Shown here: positions 32,168 through 42,944 of the stretch, piece by piece
Layout of the letters: every line of letters begins with the position of its first letter
How positions within the stretch are numbered: position 1 is the stretch's first letter
DNA from: Hyaloraphidium curvatum SAG 235-1
Taxonomy: Eukaryota; Fungi; Monoblepharomycota
Reading direction: 5' to 3'
Assembly (NCBI GenBank): GCA_025558095.1
Contig: JAIVFI010000011.1
Location: forward strand, 62,001-126,000
Length of the DNA: 64,000 nt
Notes under the pieces: model-generated
The model's database searches: none
Told to the model about the DNA's origin: nothing
What the model saw: the letters and a program-made list of their open reading frames with translations, nothing else
Made by a program: the position numbers and the translations under genes

Positions 32168-33710
32168 TCACGCCATGACGATCTTCTGCTTGCCCCCCTT
32201 GCGCTTCATCGCCTTTTCCCTGTCCTTCTCCGCCAGCTTGGCCTCCTCCCTCGCGCGCCTGTCCGCCGGCAGCGCCGCGATCCTCCTCTCCTCGGCCTTG
32301 CGCGCCTCGACCTTGCGCTTCCTGAGCTCCTCCAGCCGCTTCTCCTCGTCGGCCTTGCCGAACTTTTTCCGCTCCTCGTCCCGGGACTTTTTGATCTTGG
32401 CCCTGGTGTCGGCCGGCAGCGCGCCCCTGGAGGCGGCGAGCAGGTCGACGGCGGCGAGCGCGAGCGAGGCGAGCGAGCGCAAAGCGGCGGCCTCGGCGTC
32501 GGTTGCGTCGCGCGAGACGAGGCCGGGGGGCAGGCGCAGGGTGAGCGTGAGCCGCTTGACCGAGTCGCGCTCGAACGCGTCGGTGCTGCACCGAAGGCGG
32601 CGGGTCAATGCCGGGCGTCAGGACGAGCCCAGGAAGGGGAACACGCACGTCTCGACGGCCTCCCTCGGCACGTCCGAATACGAGAGCTCCTCCAGCCACA
32701 CGCCCCCCGGCGCCGCGGCGGCACCGGCGGGCTCGACGACGGCGCGGAGCAGCGCGAGGAAGTTCGGGTCCGACAGCGCGGCGTCCGAGAACTCGGGGGC
32801 CTCGGTGAGCTGGATCAGCTGCTCCCGCGGGAGGTTGTTGTGCGAGCGCGGGCGGGGCAGGGCCTGTCGCGGGCGGGCGGCGGTGAGCGACGTCCCACCA
32901 CGGCGAGGAGGTAAAACCCACGAGGTCGGCGCGCAGCAGCTTCCCGTCGATGGCCTTGCTCCGCACGTACGAGTCCGACACCCGCTTGTGCAGCAGCGCC
33001 CACACGAAGCCGTCCGCGGCGTCGGGGTCCAGCTCGAAATCCAGCACGAGGAGGTCGTTCTGCCGGAGCCACATGGTGCGGTAGATGTACAGGAGGGGGT
33101 CGTTGCGCGGGAGGAGCTGCGATGGGCCGCGGGTCAGCCGAATGCCTCCATCGGCGGAGGGGCAGCACCGACGGACCTTGAAGAACCCGTACATCCGCCT
33201 CACCGCGTCCCTTCCCGTGGCATAGAACATCGTGTTGCTCGGCCCGTCCCGCATCAGCTTGTGGCCCTCCCCGTTGCCCAGCTGGGCAAACTGCGCCTCC
33301 CACGCGGCCGCGGTGGCCTTGTACCACCTCTTCGCGATCTCGTCGTTGCGCCGCGCCCCCAGATACGAGACGGCGTAGTAGGCGACGATGAGGAGGAGGA
33401 ACAGGCCGTCGAGGCGGAAGCGCGACCACGGGACCGCGGAGAGGTATTCGCCCCAGGTCTGCGTGCGGCGGGGGGCGGCGCGGGGCGATTCCCTGGGCTT
33501 GGGCGCCTCCTTCGCCGGCGCGTCTTCGTCGTCTTCCTCCTCCCACGCTTCGGCGGCGGGCGCGGGCGCGGGGGGCGCCTCGGCGCGGGCGGGCAGCGCC
33601 GAGGGGAACGCGCGGGAGAGGGCGCAGCCGCCGCGCGCATCGGGGCCGCCGGCCAGCGCGAGGGCGGCGGCCACGAGGAGCGCGAGGAGGAGGTGCCGCC
33701 TCAGCGCCAT
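32168..33710 (-). CDS. CCDC47: CCDC47 / PAT complex subunit (DUF1682), multi-exon
   Basis: Signal peptide, acidic luminal part, TM, then G.RRN..IA..W, QFAQLG, LMRDG, FYATGR, L.PRND, FVWAL; charged coiled-coil C-terminus. Confidence 0.85.
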
Positions 33711-33916
33711 CGTGGGGATGGCGCGGGGAAGGGCGGTGCGTTCGGTGGACGCGTTTGTTGCTGGCTCGATCGCGCAACGCCGGCCCACGGTGCAGGCTGG
33801 ACCAGATCACGATCCGTCGGATAGGGCCTCGGTCGGTGCGATACAACGACGATCACTCTCTCTATCAGCATCGCGGTAAGAATTCCCTCTCGGGCTACAA
33901 GGCATCACCCCGCACG

Positions 33917-35320
33917 CTACTTGGGGACGACGATCGGGTTCGGGATCGCCAGCATCCCACCGATGGCGATGGCGTCGTGGTCGCGCATCTCCGAGGCAAT
34001 GACCTGCATGTTGATCGGTAGCCCCTCCTTGCTCAGGCCGATGGGCACCGAGGTCGCGGGCAGGCATCCGTAGACGGGGATGCCCGCCCAGGCAAACTGC
34101 CACCAGAAGGGGTGCTGCTCGCCGTCGATGTCGATCATGCGCTTGGTGAGGTCGGGCTCCTCGTCGTGCTTGAAGGCCACGCTTCCGTGGACCGGGGCGA
34201 GGATGGCGTCAAAGTCGCGGAAGAAGCGGCCCCATGCGAGGCGGGCCGCGTTCTGCTTGCCGAGCAGCGCGAGCCACTCGGGCACGCTGGGCGTCTTGCC
34301 CTCCGCGTTGACCATGCCGTGGCTCATGGTGACCGCCAGGGTCGTGGTGTAGGCGTCGTGGAAAGCGACCAGGTCGGGAAGCTTGGAGTTGTCGCGCGTG
34401 ACGACTGCGCCCGCGGCCTCGGCGCGCTTGGCCGCGTTCTCGATCGCCGCGGCGATGTCCTTCATCACCACGGCCGCCTTGACCGGGTGCTCGGTCATGA
34501 CCAGCAGGCGCACGCCCTTGAGCGACGAGAACCTCGACTTGGGGAGGGGCACCCTCGAGAGCAGGTCGAGCGCGCCCGCGAGGTCGTCCGCGCTGCGCGC
34601 CAGGGGCCCCGCGACGGCCGGGTGCAGCGGCTCGGTCTCGGCCTTGGGCATGCCGTCGAGCGGCACGACGTCGATCGTGGGCTTGTGCCCGAACACGCCG
34701 TTGAAGGCGGCCGGGGTGCGGATCGAGCCGCCAATGTCCGACCCGAGCTCGAGGGGCACCATGCCCGTGGCCAGCGACACGCCCGAGCCGCCGGACGACC
34801 CGCCGCACGTGCGCGTCTTGTCGTACGGGTTGACGGTCTTGCCGTAGATGACGTTGAACGACTGGATGTCCGCGCAGTTGAGCGGCACGTTGGTCTTGCC
34901 GAGGATGATGGCTCCGGCCTCGCGCAGCAGCTGCACCGCCTCGGCGTCCTCCGTCGCCACGTTGTCCTTGAAGTCGGGATTGCCCCACGAGCAGACGTGG
35001 CCCTTTGTGCGGAACGACTCCTTGACGGTCATTGGAACGCCGAGCAGCGGTTTGCGCACGCCCTGCTTGACCTGCTCGTCGGCCTGCTTGGCCTGCTCGC
35101 GCGCGGCATCGTAGTCCTTGATGATCACCGCGTTCACGGCGGGGTTGACGGCCTGCGGGCGACGGTCAGCGGGGTGGCGCAACGTCCTTCGGGGGCCGCG
35201 CACCTCGATCCGCGCGATGGCGGCTTCGACCTCGGCGGCGGCGGTGGTCCGCCCTTCGGCGATGGCGCGCGCGGTCTCGAAGGCGCCGAGCAGCGGCGCG
35301 GGGGCTCCCGAGTCGGGCAT
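33917..35320 (-). CDS. Amidase-signature family amidase
   Basis: PLLGVPMTVKES, GAIILGKTN, GGSSGGS, LGSDIGGSIRTPA and GLPINMQV. One intron at about 35153-35203. Confidence 0.93.
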   Translation of the reverse strand: MPDSGAPAPLLGAFETARAIAEGRTTAAAEVEAAIARIEVRGPRRTLRHPADRRPQAVNPAVNAVIIKDYDAAREQAKQADEQVKQGVRKPLLGVPMTVKESFRTKGHVCSWGNPDFKDNVATEDAEAVQLLREAGAIILGKTNVPLNCADIQSFNVIYGKTVNPYDKTRTCGGSSGGSGVSLATGMVPLELGSDIGGSIRTPAAFNGVFGHKPTIDVVPLDGMPKAETEPLHPAVAGPLARSADDLAGALDLLSRVPLPKSRFSSLKGVRLLVMTEHPVKAAVVMKDIAAAIENAAKRAEAAGAVVTRDNSKLPDLVAFHDAYTTTLAVTMSHGMVNAEGKTPSVPEWLALLGKQNAARLAWGRFFRDFDAILAPVHGSVAFKHDEEPDLTKRMIDIDGEQHPFWWQFAWAGIPVYGCLPATSVPIGLSKEGLPINMQVIASEMRDHDAIAIGGMLAIPNPIVVPK

Positions 35321-35953
35321 GGTGGCGTGGGAGATTCGTCGGCGGGCTTGCGAAATATTCGCGTGCGGAGTGAGCGAGGTGTCTCCCGCTCCCTTGCCAC
35401 TCGCGGCGTGGCGCCATTGGACGCCATGGAGCAAGACCGCCAGCGAATCCCGCGGGATGAGTCGTGGGATCAACGGGCATCCATGCCATAAATGCTGATG
35501 TGACTGGGCCTTCAGGTTTTCGTCGCCTTCGGGGGCTTCCGTGGTGGGACGCCCACCCTCTACCATTTCGCGCAGTACTACTCCCCGGAATGCCAGCGCT
35601 CGGCCTGGGAGGCACACCGCGGGACTTGCGCGCAGATCGTGGGGATGGGCGAGCCGGGTTTCCCTGGACTGGTGGTGGATCCGCCGCGGCCCGAGCCGAA
35701 AAGAAAGGGGGGCACGTCCCGCAACCCGACGGCGACAATCCGCAAGGGAGGATCCAGCGCAACATCTTATATGACGTAGCTTCGGGATCCACGTGTAAGC
35801 ACCAGATTCCGACCGCGAACATTCACCCGCTGGGCGCCGCCTTTCTGGCGCCCCTCGCGCCATCGCCAGCTCGCCATCGCGTTCTTGCGCCACTGGCAAT
35901 TCCGACCACGGCAGACTCATCCGGAGACCATTTCTCTGCTTTCCTCGGCGGCG

Positions 35954-37758
35954 ATGAGCTTCGGCGCGGCCGCTTCCCGCGCCGCGTTCGCTCTTGCGCT
36001 CTTTCTCCTCTCGCCCGAGTCCGGCGCGCTCGCTGCCGGCTGGTACCGCTCGCGGCCCGACCTTGCCCCCCCGCGCCTCAACATCACCGTCCCGGCGTCT
36101 CCCGGCGTCGGCGAAGGCCTGATCTTCGTCGCGCCCTACGGCGGCTTTGCTCCGGGCGACCGCGGCCCGCCCCAGGCGGGCGCGCACATCTTCCGCGACG
36201 ACGGCGAGCTCGTCTGGTCGGGGCTGGGGCACATCGCGGGGTGGGCGGCCAATTTCAGGCCCGACGTGTACCAGGGGAGGCCTGTGCTCAGGGCGTGGCA
36301 GGGCCAGCTGGACATCGAGCACGTACGGTTCTACGGCGACTACGTGATCCTGGACGAGCACTAGTTCGTCGCGGCATTCCGAGCCCGCTCACGTTAGCCC
36401 TGACGCTCCCTCCGACCGATCGTAGCGACGTCGTCAAGACCGTCAAGCCCGGAAACAACCGCCTCGGCGCCGTGCACGAGTTCCGAATCCTGGACGGCAA
36501 GACGGTCCTTGTGGAGACCCCGCTGCCGCGGTTCGTGGGGCTGCAGCGCTGGGGAGGCAAACCCGGGCAGGATTGGATCATCAGCTCCGGGTTCCAAGGT
36601 GTGATGATGTGCTCTCGTGCGTGGAAGTCTTGGCTAAGCACGGCAATGACAGAACTGGATCTGGAAACAGGAGAAGTTCTCTTTGAATGGGAGAGCCTGG
36701 ATCACGTCGACCCTGCTTGTAAGCTTTTAGCGATGCCCATGTGCTGGGACTAGCCTTGACAGACATTCTGCCGCTTCCCAGACACCGCCCTCCCTCTCTC
36801 CGAGACGGGCGAGGGCTTTGGCCGCGACTCCTTGGACGCGTGGAACTACTTCCACATCAACTCCGTGGACAAGGACGCGCGCGGCAACTACCTGATCTCG
36901 GCGCGCAACTACGCCGCCGTCTTCAAGATCGACGGCCGCACCGGCAAGGTCCTCTGGCAGCTGGGCGGCTCGTCCAACCGGTCCGACTTTGCCCTCGACC
37001 CCGAAGCGGAGTTCGCCTTCCAGCACGACGCCCGCTTCGTCTCCCGCTCCGACGATGGCACCGTCGAGGTCATCTCCCTGTTCGACAACGCCGCGCACAC
37101 CCGCCGCGACAAAGTGCGCCCCTCCTCGCGCGCCCTGATCCTGCGGCTCGACCAAGCATCCCGCACCGCCCGCGCGATCGCCTCGTTCCCCGCCCCCGGC
37201 GGCCTGGTCGCCCCATCGCAGGGCAACGTCCAGCTCCTCCCGGGCGGCACGGTGTTTGTCAACTGGGGCCAGGCCGGCGCGGTGACCGAGTTCGACCGCT
37301 CCGGGAACGTGCTGTTCCACGCGCACCTGGATTCGCATCCCGGGAGAGGGGTGCAGAGCTACCGCGGGTTCAGGTTCCCGTGGACCGGCAGGCCCGGCGG
37401 GAAGCCGGCGGCGGCGGCGATCAGGGGGCGGGACGGGCTGGGCCTGTACGCGTCGTGGAACGGGGACACGGAGGCGGTCGCGTGGCGGTTCTTTGCCCGC
37501 GGGTCGGGCGGGGCGGGCGGGCAGGTGCTGCTCGGGGAGGCGACGAGGGATGGGTTCGAGACGTGCCTGGTGCTCCCGCTGGCGGAGGCGCCGGGGGCTG
37601 GGGCGGGGGTCCATGCGGAGGCGGTCGGGAAGAACGGCGAGGTGCTCGGCAGGAGCAGGGACGTGCGCGTCGAGGAACTGCCGACCTTCAGGCACGGGCG
37701 GTATGGCAGGATGGGGTCCGGGCAGGATAGCAGGCAGCGTGTGATTGGTCGCAAATGA
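35954..37758 (+). CDS. Secreted arylsulfotransferase-like protein (fungal ASST/Arylsulfotran_2 type), multi-exon
   Basis: Signal peptide, YRSRPDLAPP, HEF.I, LFEW.SLDHV, WNYFHINSVDKD..GNYLISAR, FAFQHDAR, SLFDN, SQGNVQLLP and LYASWNG.TE. Confidence 0.88.
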
Positions 37759-37774
37759 AGCCCGCCCGACAAGC

Positions 37775-38779
37775 TCATTCAACTTTTGCCCCCGACACAT
37801 GGTCCGATCCCGCCACGGGCACCTTCTCTTGCCAGCGCAGCTCCAGCACGGGAAACTCCCAGCCCCCGTAGAACCACCCCGCGTACCCCAGGTAATCGCC
37901 GTACATCTCCCCCGGAAACTCGACCAGCCCGCACTCGGCCTCCAGCAGCATCCCCCCGGGCACCGCCGCCTCCCCCGTCGACTTGGCCGACTCGGCCAGC
38001 AGGGTGAGCACCGCCTGCCCCACCTCCATCTCGGCCGCGCGGATCAGGAGCTCCGGGTGGCCGAAGGTGTGGTACAGCCCGACGGTGAACGAGAACCGAG
38101 GGATCCCTAGCTCGTCGTTGGGCTCCACGTGCACCACGTGGAACCCGTGGGAGGCGACGTCCGCGAGCAGCTTGGCGTCGCGCCCGTCCTCGGCCTCGCG
38201 GGGCGGCTTCTTCCTCCGCTTCTTTGGGAGCTTGCTCGGTTCCGCGGGGGCATAGCACCTCAGCACGTGCTCCTCCGCAAACTCCACCGAGTCCCCGAGC
38301 CTCAGCACGTCCGGCGAAAACACCCCGGGCTCGTTGCGCACCTCCCCCCTCCCGGGCGCCGTCACCGCCACCCACAGCCGCTCGAACCACCTGTCCTCCC
38401 GCGTCGGCACGGCCGTCAGCCCCAGCTTGGCCAGGGCGCCGGGTAAAGGCCGCATCCGCGCCTCGTGGCCCTCGTCCAGCACGGCGAGCACGGAAGCGCG
38501 GGGGGCGAGCGCGTACCCCCTTTCGCGGTCGCCGGGGGAGAGGGCCACGTTGCGTAGCAGGAGGTCGGCGGCGCACGGCGGGCAGAGGGGGAACGACGCG
38601 TCGGCGGGGGCGCAGAGGGTGCACGCGGCGGAGGCGGCGGGGAGGGCGCGGAAGGAGCGCAGGCGGCCTTCGAGGAGGTGCGCGCACGCGCGGGCGGCGC
38701 CGGGCGGGGTGGGCACGCCGCAGCGGGCACACGGCATGGGCGGGCCGTCGGCAGGTGCGATGGACGCGTTCGACGCCAT
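37775..38779 (-). CDS. Cys-rich N-terminus + DUF2314-like + DUF4262-like fusion protein, intronless
   Basis: CARC..CAH..CTLC..CPPC, then ERLWV....G.V.NEP....LRLGDSVEF..EHV, then HGFHVVHV......FSFTVGL..TFGHPELLI...VLELRW. Confidence 0.62.
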   Translation of the reverse strand: MASNASIAPADGPPMPCARCGVPTPPGAARACAHLLEGRLRSFRALPAASAACTLCAPADASFPLCPPCAADLLLRNVALSPGDRERGYALAPRASVLAVLDEGHEARMRPLPGALAKLGLTAVPTREDRWFERLWVAVTAPGRGEVRNEPGVFSPDVLRLGDSVEFAEEHVLRCYAPAEPSKLPKKRRKKPPREAEDGRDAKLLADVASHGFHVVHVEPNDELGIPRFSFTVGLYHTFGHPELLIRAAEMEVGQAVLTLLAESAKSTGEAAVPGGMLLEAECGLVEFPGEMYGDYLGYAGWFYGGWEFPVLELRWQEKVPVAGSDHVSGAKVE

Positions 38780-38937
38780 GGACGCCCGGCGTGGGAGACG
38801 GAATGCGGTGGGCGGTGTTGGCGGTCGGGTGGACCCGTCTTGGTGCCGCAACTCCGGACCCCTTCTATTCACCTGTCTCACCTGTTCCCGCCCATGGAGC
38901 CGCGACATCGACGAACGACGTCCAAGCAGCGCCTTCA

Positions 38938-40510
38938 TCACGCCCCGCACCCCGCATCCATCGTCACCGCGATCCCCAGCGGCCTCAGTATCCCCCACAG
39001 CCCCACCCCCAGCGTGAACAGCGTCGCCGCGACGGTCCGCACGGTGCCGTAGCCCGCCGCCAGCCCGAGGATCCTGCTCCTGTACCGCGGCCCGTTCTCG
39101 GCGAGCGGGGTGAGGGAGGCCAGCCGGTCGCGCCAGCGCTGGGATGCATCGGAAGTAGGGGCGAGGGAGAGCATCTGCGAGAGGAGCGAGGCGGCGGAGG
39201 CGTAGGTCGCCGAGACGGTTTCGATCTCGCCGTTGACCTGCGCGCAGTTCACGAGGCCGAAGAGCAGACCCAGGCCGACGTAGCCGAGGAACGAGAGCGC
39301 GTAGGCGGGGATGCACGATCCGGCAGCGAGGTTGACCACCATGGCGAACAAGGCCGTGGCGAGGTTGGTGGCGCGGAGCACAAAGGCGGACTCGATGATC
39401 TGCCGCTGGGAGAGCCACGCGGAGGCGAGGCACGCGTGCAGGCGGAACTCGAGGTTGCCAGATAAAGGTGCGGGGCCGGTCGGTTTCTCTCCTAGCGGTG
39501 ACACCGGGTCGTGGTGGTGGTTGAGCGGCTGGGCTTGCGAGGTGGAAAACAGTCCCCGCTGTGCGTCCCGGAGCAGCTCGCCAAGGGCGAGCGACACGGC
39601 CCGGCCCCGAAGCCGGCTTTTGAGGGCGTCGAGGTCCGAGTTCTCGGCGTTGAACACGGGGAGGTGGCTGAAGAGGGTTTGGTTGACGCACAGCAGAACT
39701 ACGGCGGGCGGGTGGCGAGAATCAGCACCAACGCAGCTGGCACCCATCCAGTGCCACCCGACCTAGCAGGCTGCCCGAAAGTGCACCCCACCACGTGCCC
39801 CAGAACCCCGGCACCGCCGCCACGGGGTTCCACGCCGCGCAGAACAGCGAAAAGGCGAACGCCGCGGCCGTCAGCACCACGCGGAGGTTCTTGGCGGTGA
39901 ACGCCCTGGCCACGGTCCCCTTGCCGCGCGCCAGGCAGGCCGGGCAGGGGCACGCCCCGTCGCCGTCCTCGTGCCGCAGGAGCGGCGGCGCGGCCCCGGG
40001 ACGGGCCAGCTCGGCGTAGCGGAGGAGCAGGGCGAGCGGGTTGCCGGTCTGGTCGGCGTGGCCCATTGCGGCGAGGAACGGGTGGTCGCGGGTCATCGCG
40101 ACGACGACGGGGGTGGCGTACACGGCGACCAGCGCGATCGTGGCGGCGACCTTTTCGGCCGTCGAAGAGGACGCGCCGTACGCCCACACGCCGGCCAGCG
40201 AGAGCGACAGCACGGCGGCGGCGGCGGGCAGCGACCGCGCGATGAGCCGCCGCGACCATCCCGCGCCGGCGGCCTGCGCAGAATAGACCGCGGCCAGCGG
40301 GGGGAACTCGGCGCGCAGGAACGCGAGCAGCTCCTCCCGCGACACGCTCTTCTCCCGCCACAGGGCGGGGAACGGGCCCGCGTCGACGGCGGGCGATGCG
40401 GCGAGCAGCAGCGCGGGCGGGGCGGAGGGGACCGCGAGCGGCGACGGGAAGAGGGCGAGCCAGGACGCGTCGGAGCGGTGCCATGCGGGCTCCGGGCCCT
40501 CCGAGCCCAT
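38938..40510 (-). CDS. 7-TM membrane protein, gustatory-receptor-like (7TMIC/GRL) architecture, copy A
   Basis: Two ORFs joined by a GT-AG intron (about 39699-39762). Seven hydrophobic segments arranged as pairs with short loops 1-2, 3-4 and 5-6. Paralogous to 43826-45375. Confidence 0.7.
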
Positions 40511-40591
40511 CGCGGAGAACGCGGTTGCTGGGGTTCCGAATCCCTTTGTCGCCCGCACCCCTAGGCGATTTTGGCTGGACTCACCAAAGGC

Positions 40592-41524
40592 ATGACGCCA
40601 AAGCCGCTGCAAAACCAGACGGCGCTCGTGACGGGCGCGTCGTCCGGGATCGGCCTCGCCGTTGCGCACCGCCTCGCGCGTCTGGGCGCGTCGGTGACAC
40701 TCGTCGCGCGCGACCCGGGGCGACTGAAAGCCGCCGCCGAAGCGATAAAGCGCGACGCACCGGACGCCCAAATCGAATGCATCGCACGGGACCTGACGCT
40801 CATGTCCTCCGCCGCCGAGCTGGGCTCGCGGGTCGCGCCGCCGGACATCCTCGTGCACTGCGCCGGACTCATGCTGCCCGCGCGCACGCTCACCCCCGAA
40901 TCCGTCGAGACCGTGTTCGCGATCCAGTTCCTCGCGCGGTACCTGCTCGACACGCGGCTCGCCGCGCGGCTCCCCGCGGGCGCGAGGGTGGTCTCGGTGT
41001 CGGCCGGCGGGTGCTACGCGTTCCCGCTGCCGTGGGACAACCTGCAGGGCGAGAAGCACTACGACGGGGTGAGGCAGCTGCAGGTGGAGTCCGTGTGCAA
41101 CGACATGCTGGTGCTCGAGATGCGGGAAAGGTGGAGGGGGGCGAGGTGGTACTGCTACGGGCCCGGCTACGTCGCGGGCACGGGGCTGCAGAGGGAAATG
41201 GGCGGTATGCTGAGGTTCGCGAGCGCGACGTTCGGCAGGATGGTCTCGTACCCGTTGGAGAAGGCCGCGGACGGCGTCGTGCGGCTGTGCATGCAGGCGG
41301 AGGAGGGGCCGCCGCTGCAGGGCAGGATGTACGGGCGCAAGGTGGTGGAAAACCGGCCGTCGGCGTTTGCGGGGGATCCGGAAAACAGGCGGAAGCTGAT
41401 GGGGGTTGCTGAGTCGCTAGTGCAGGATGCGCTGGCGAGGAGCAGCAACGAGGAGGGCACTCGTGGCGCTCCTTCGTGGTTCGGCAGGACAGAGCAACGT
41501 ACTGTCGTCGAAGCGGCCAACTAG
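40592..41524 (+). CDS. Short-chain dehydrogenase/reductase, retinol-dehydrogenase-like, atypical active site
   Basis: ALVTGASSGIG, DILVHCAG, E.VFA.Q and RVVSVS. The expected YxxxK is replaced by LQVES. Confidence 0.85.
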   Translation: MTPKPLQNQTALVTGASSGIGLAVAHRLARLGASVTLVARDPGRLKAAAEAIKRDAPDAQIECIARDLTLMSSAAELGSRVAPPDILVHCAGLMLPARTLTPESVETVFAIQFLARYLLDTRLAARLPAGARVVSVSAGGCYAFPLPWDNLQGEKHYDGVRQLQVESVCNDMLVLEMRERWRGARWYCYGPGYVAGTGLQREMGGMLRFASATFGRMVSYPLEKAADGVVRLCMQAEEGPPLQGRMYGRKVVENRPSAFAGDPENRRKLMGVAESLVQDALARSSNEEGTRGAPSWFGRTEQRTVVEAAN

Positions 41525-41983
41525 AATCCAGGGCTGCGACAACCGGCAATCGCGGGCCTCGCCTCAGAGACGGCACGCGTGTCTATAAGTCAAATCTCCT
41601 TTACAGGTCCAAGAGAAGCGTGAGTTGGTCCGTCCGGGCGCGCGGGCTACGTCCCGCCCAATGCTCACAGCGGTCCGTCCGCCGCGGTCACGCCTCAAAT
41701 ATCAAGTGAGGATTTCCGAGCACATCAATCTGAGGTGCAAACTCCTGCGCGCTATGTCGGCGGGGTGATGTTCGGAGGAATGGGGCGGAGGCACAGCAGA
41801 CCCTTCCAACACCGCCACATACGGCCATACCCTTCGGCGTGCGCCGCTTCTTGGAATCCGCACAGCCGCGGAGCGCAGAGCAATAAATGGTGGCCGACCT
41901 GCTCGCTGGGGAGGGACAGCAACGCAACCCCCTTCTTCCCTCCAAGTCACGCCGCCAACGCGACCGACCCGAACTCCACCGCC

Positions 41984-42535
41984 ATGAAATTCTCCACCGC
42001 CTTCGCCCTCTTTGCCGCCGCCCTCCTCCCCGGCGCTCTCGCCGCCGGCCCCTCCGCCCGAGGCGCTCCGGCCCTCCCCGCCGTCCCCCCACCCCGCAGC
42101 AGCGAGCTCGCGCCCCGCTCCTTCCCGCCCCTCCCCCCTCCTCCCGCCGGGCAGTTCTGGACGTGGCCAACGGGCTGCTATCCCCAGTCGGTCCCCACCA
42201 ACATGATCTGCTCCATCGTGCAGAACTGCACCTACACCGGCGCCGCGGTGGTCGCGCAGTTCCCCGGCACCTCCTGCGACACGTGGTACCCCCGGTGGTG
42301 CGGGTGCTTCGACGACCCGTCGACCAACTTCTACCCCGGTTCGGACCCGAGCAACGCGCTGTTTGGCGTTTCGGACAGCTACTGGACCTTCGTCGGGTGC
42401 GCGGCGCCGGATGCAGGCTGCCCGAGCAAGCCGGACGGGACGGCGCCGCTGGCGACGTACCACGGGAAAACGGACAAGAATGCCGAGTGTCCGGCGGGGC
42501 AGGAGGGGCTGTGGTGCGGGTACAAGTTGACGTGA
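41984..42535 (+). CDS. Small secreted Cys-rich protein
   Basis: Signal peptide MKFSTAFALFAAALLPGALA, Pro-rich spacer, and a mature region with 10 Cys and many Trp/Tyr. Confidence 0.78.
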   Translation: MKFSTAFALFAAALLPGALAAGPSARGAPALPAVPPPRSSELAPRSFPPLPPPPAGQFWTWPTGCYPQSVPTNMICSIVQNCTYTGAAVVAQFPGTSCDTWYPRWCGCFDDPSTNFYPGSDPSNALFGVSDSYWTFVGCAAPDAGCPSKPDGTAPLATYHGKTDKNAECPAGQEGLWCGYKLT

Positions 42536-42944
42536 GGTGTAGCTTCCGGGTGCCGCGCGCGCCGGCCCCAACATACCCGCTCTCGCTACAACTATGACCC
42601 AGGATGCTTTCGCATCGGTCGTCGATCCCATTCCGCGCTATGGCATAGCCTTCCCGTCCCAGACCATCAACGCTAGGGGGACACAATCTTTTCCCTTGCA
42701 CTTGGCTGAAGACCTAGGTGTGCATCAGCGAGTCAAACTCGGTCAGCTTCCACCAATCTCAGCGTCGTGGATGTCTCGTGATGGATACATTCTCTCGCGG
42801 CGAGGCATAGCCGGCGGAACCATTGCGTAGAGGCACGCGCCTCGCCCCCACCGGGGAGAGAACCTCGATACTCCGGGCGGGCGGCTATTTCTCTTCAGCA
42901 CCGGCAGACCACTGAGAACCAGCTCGATTGCCGTTCTTCCCGCG

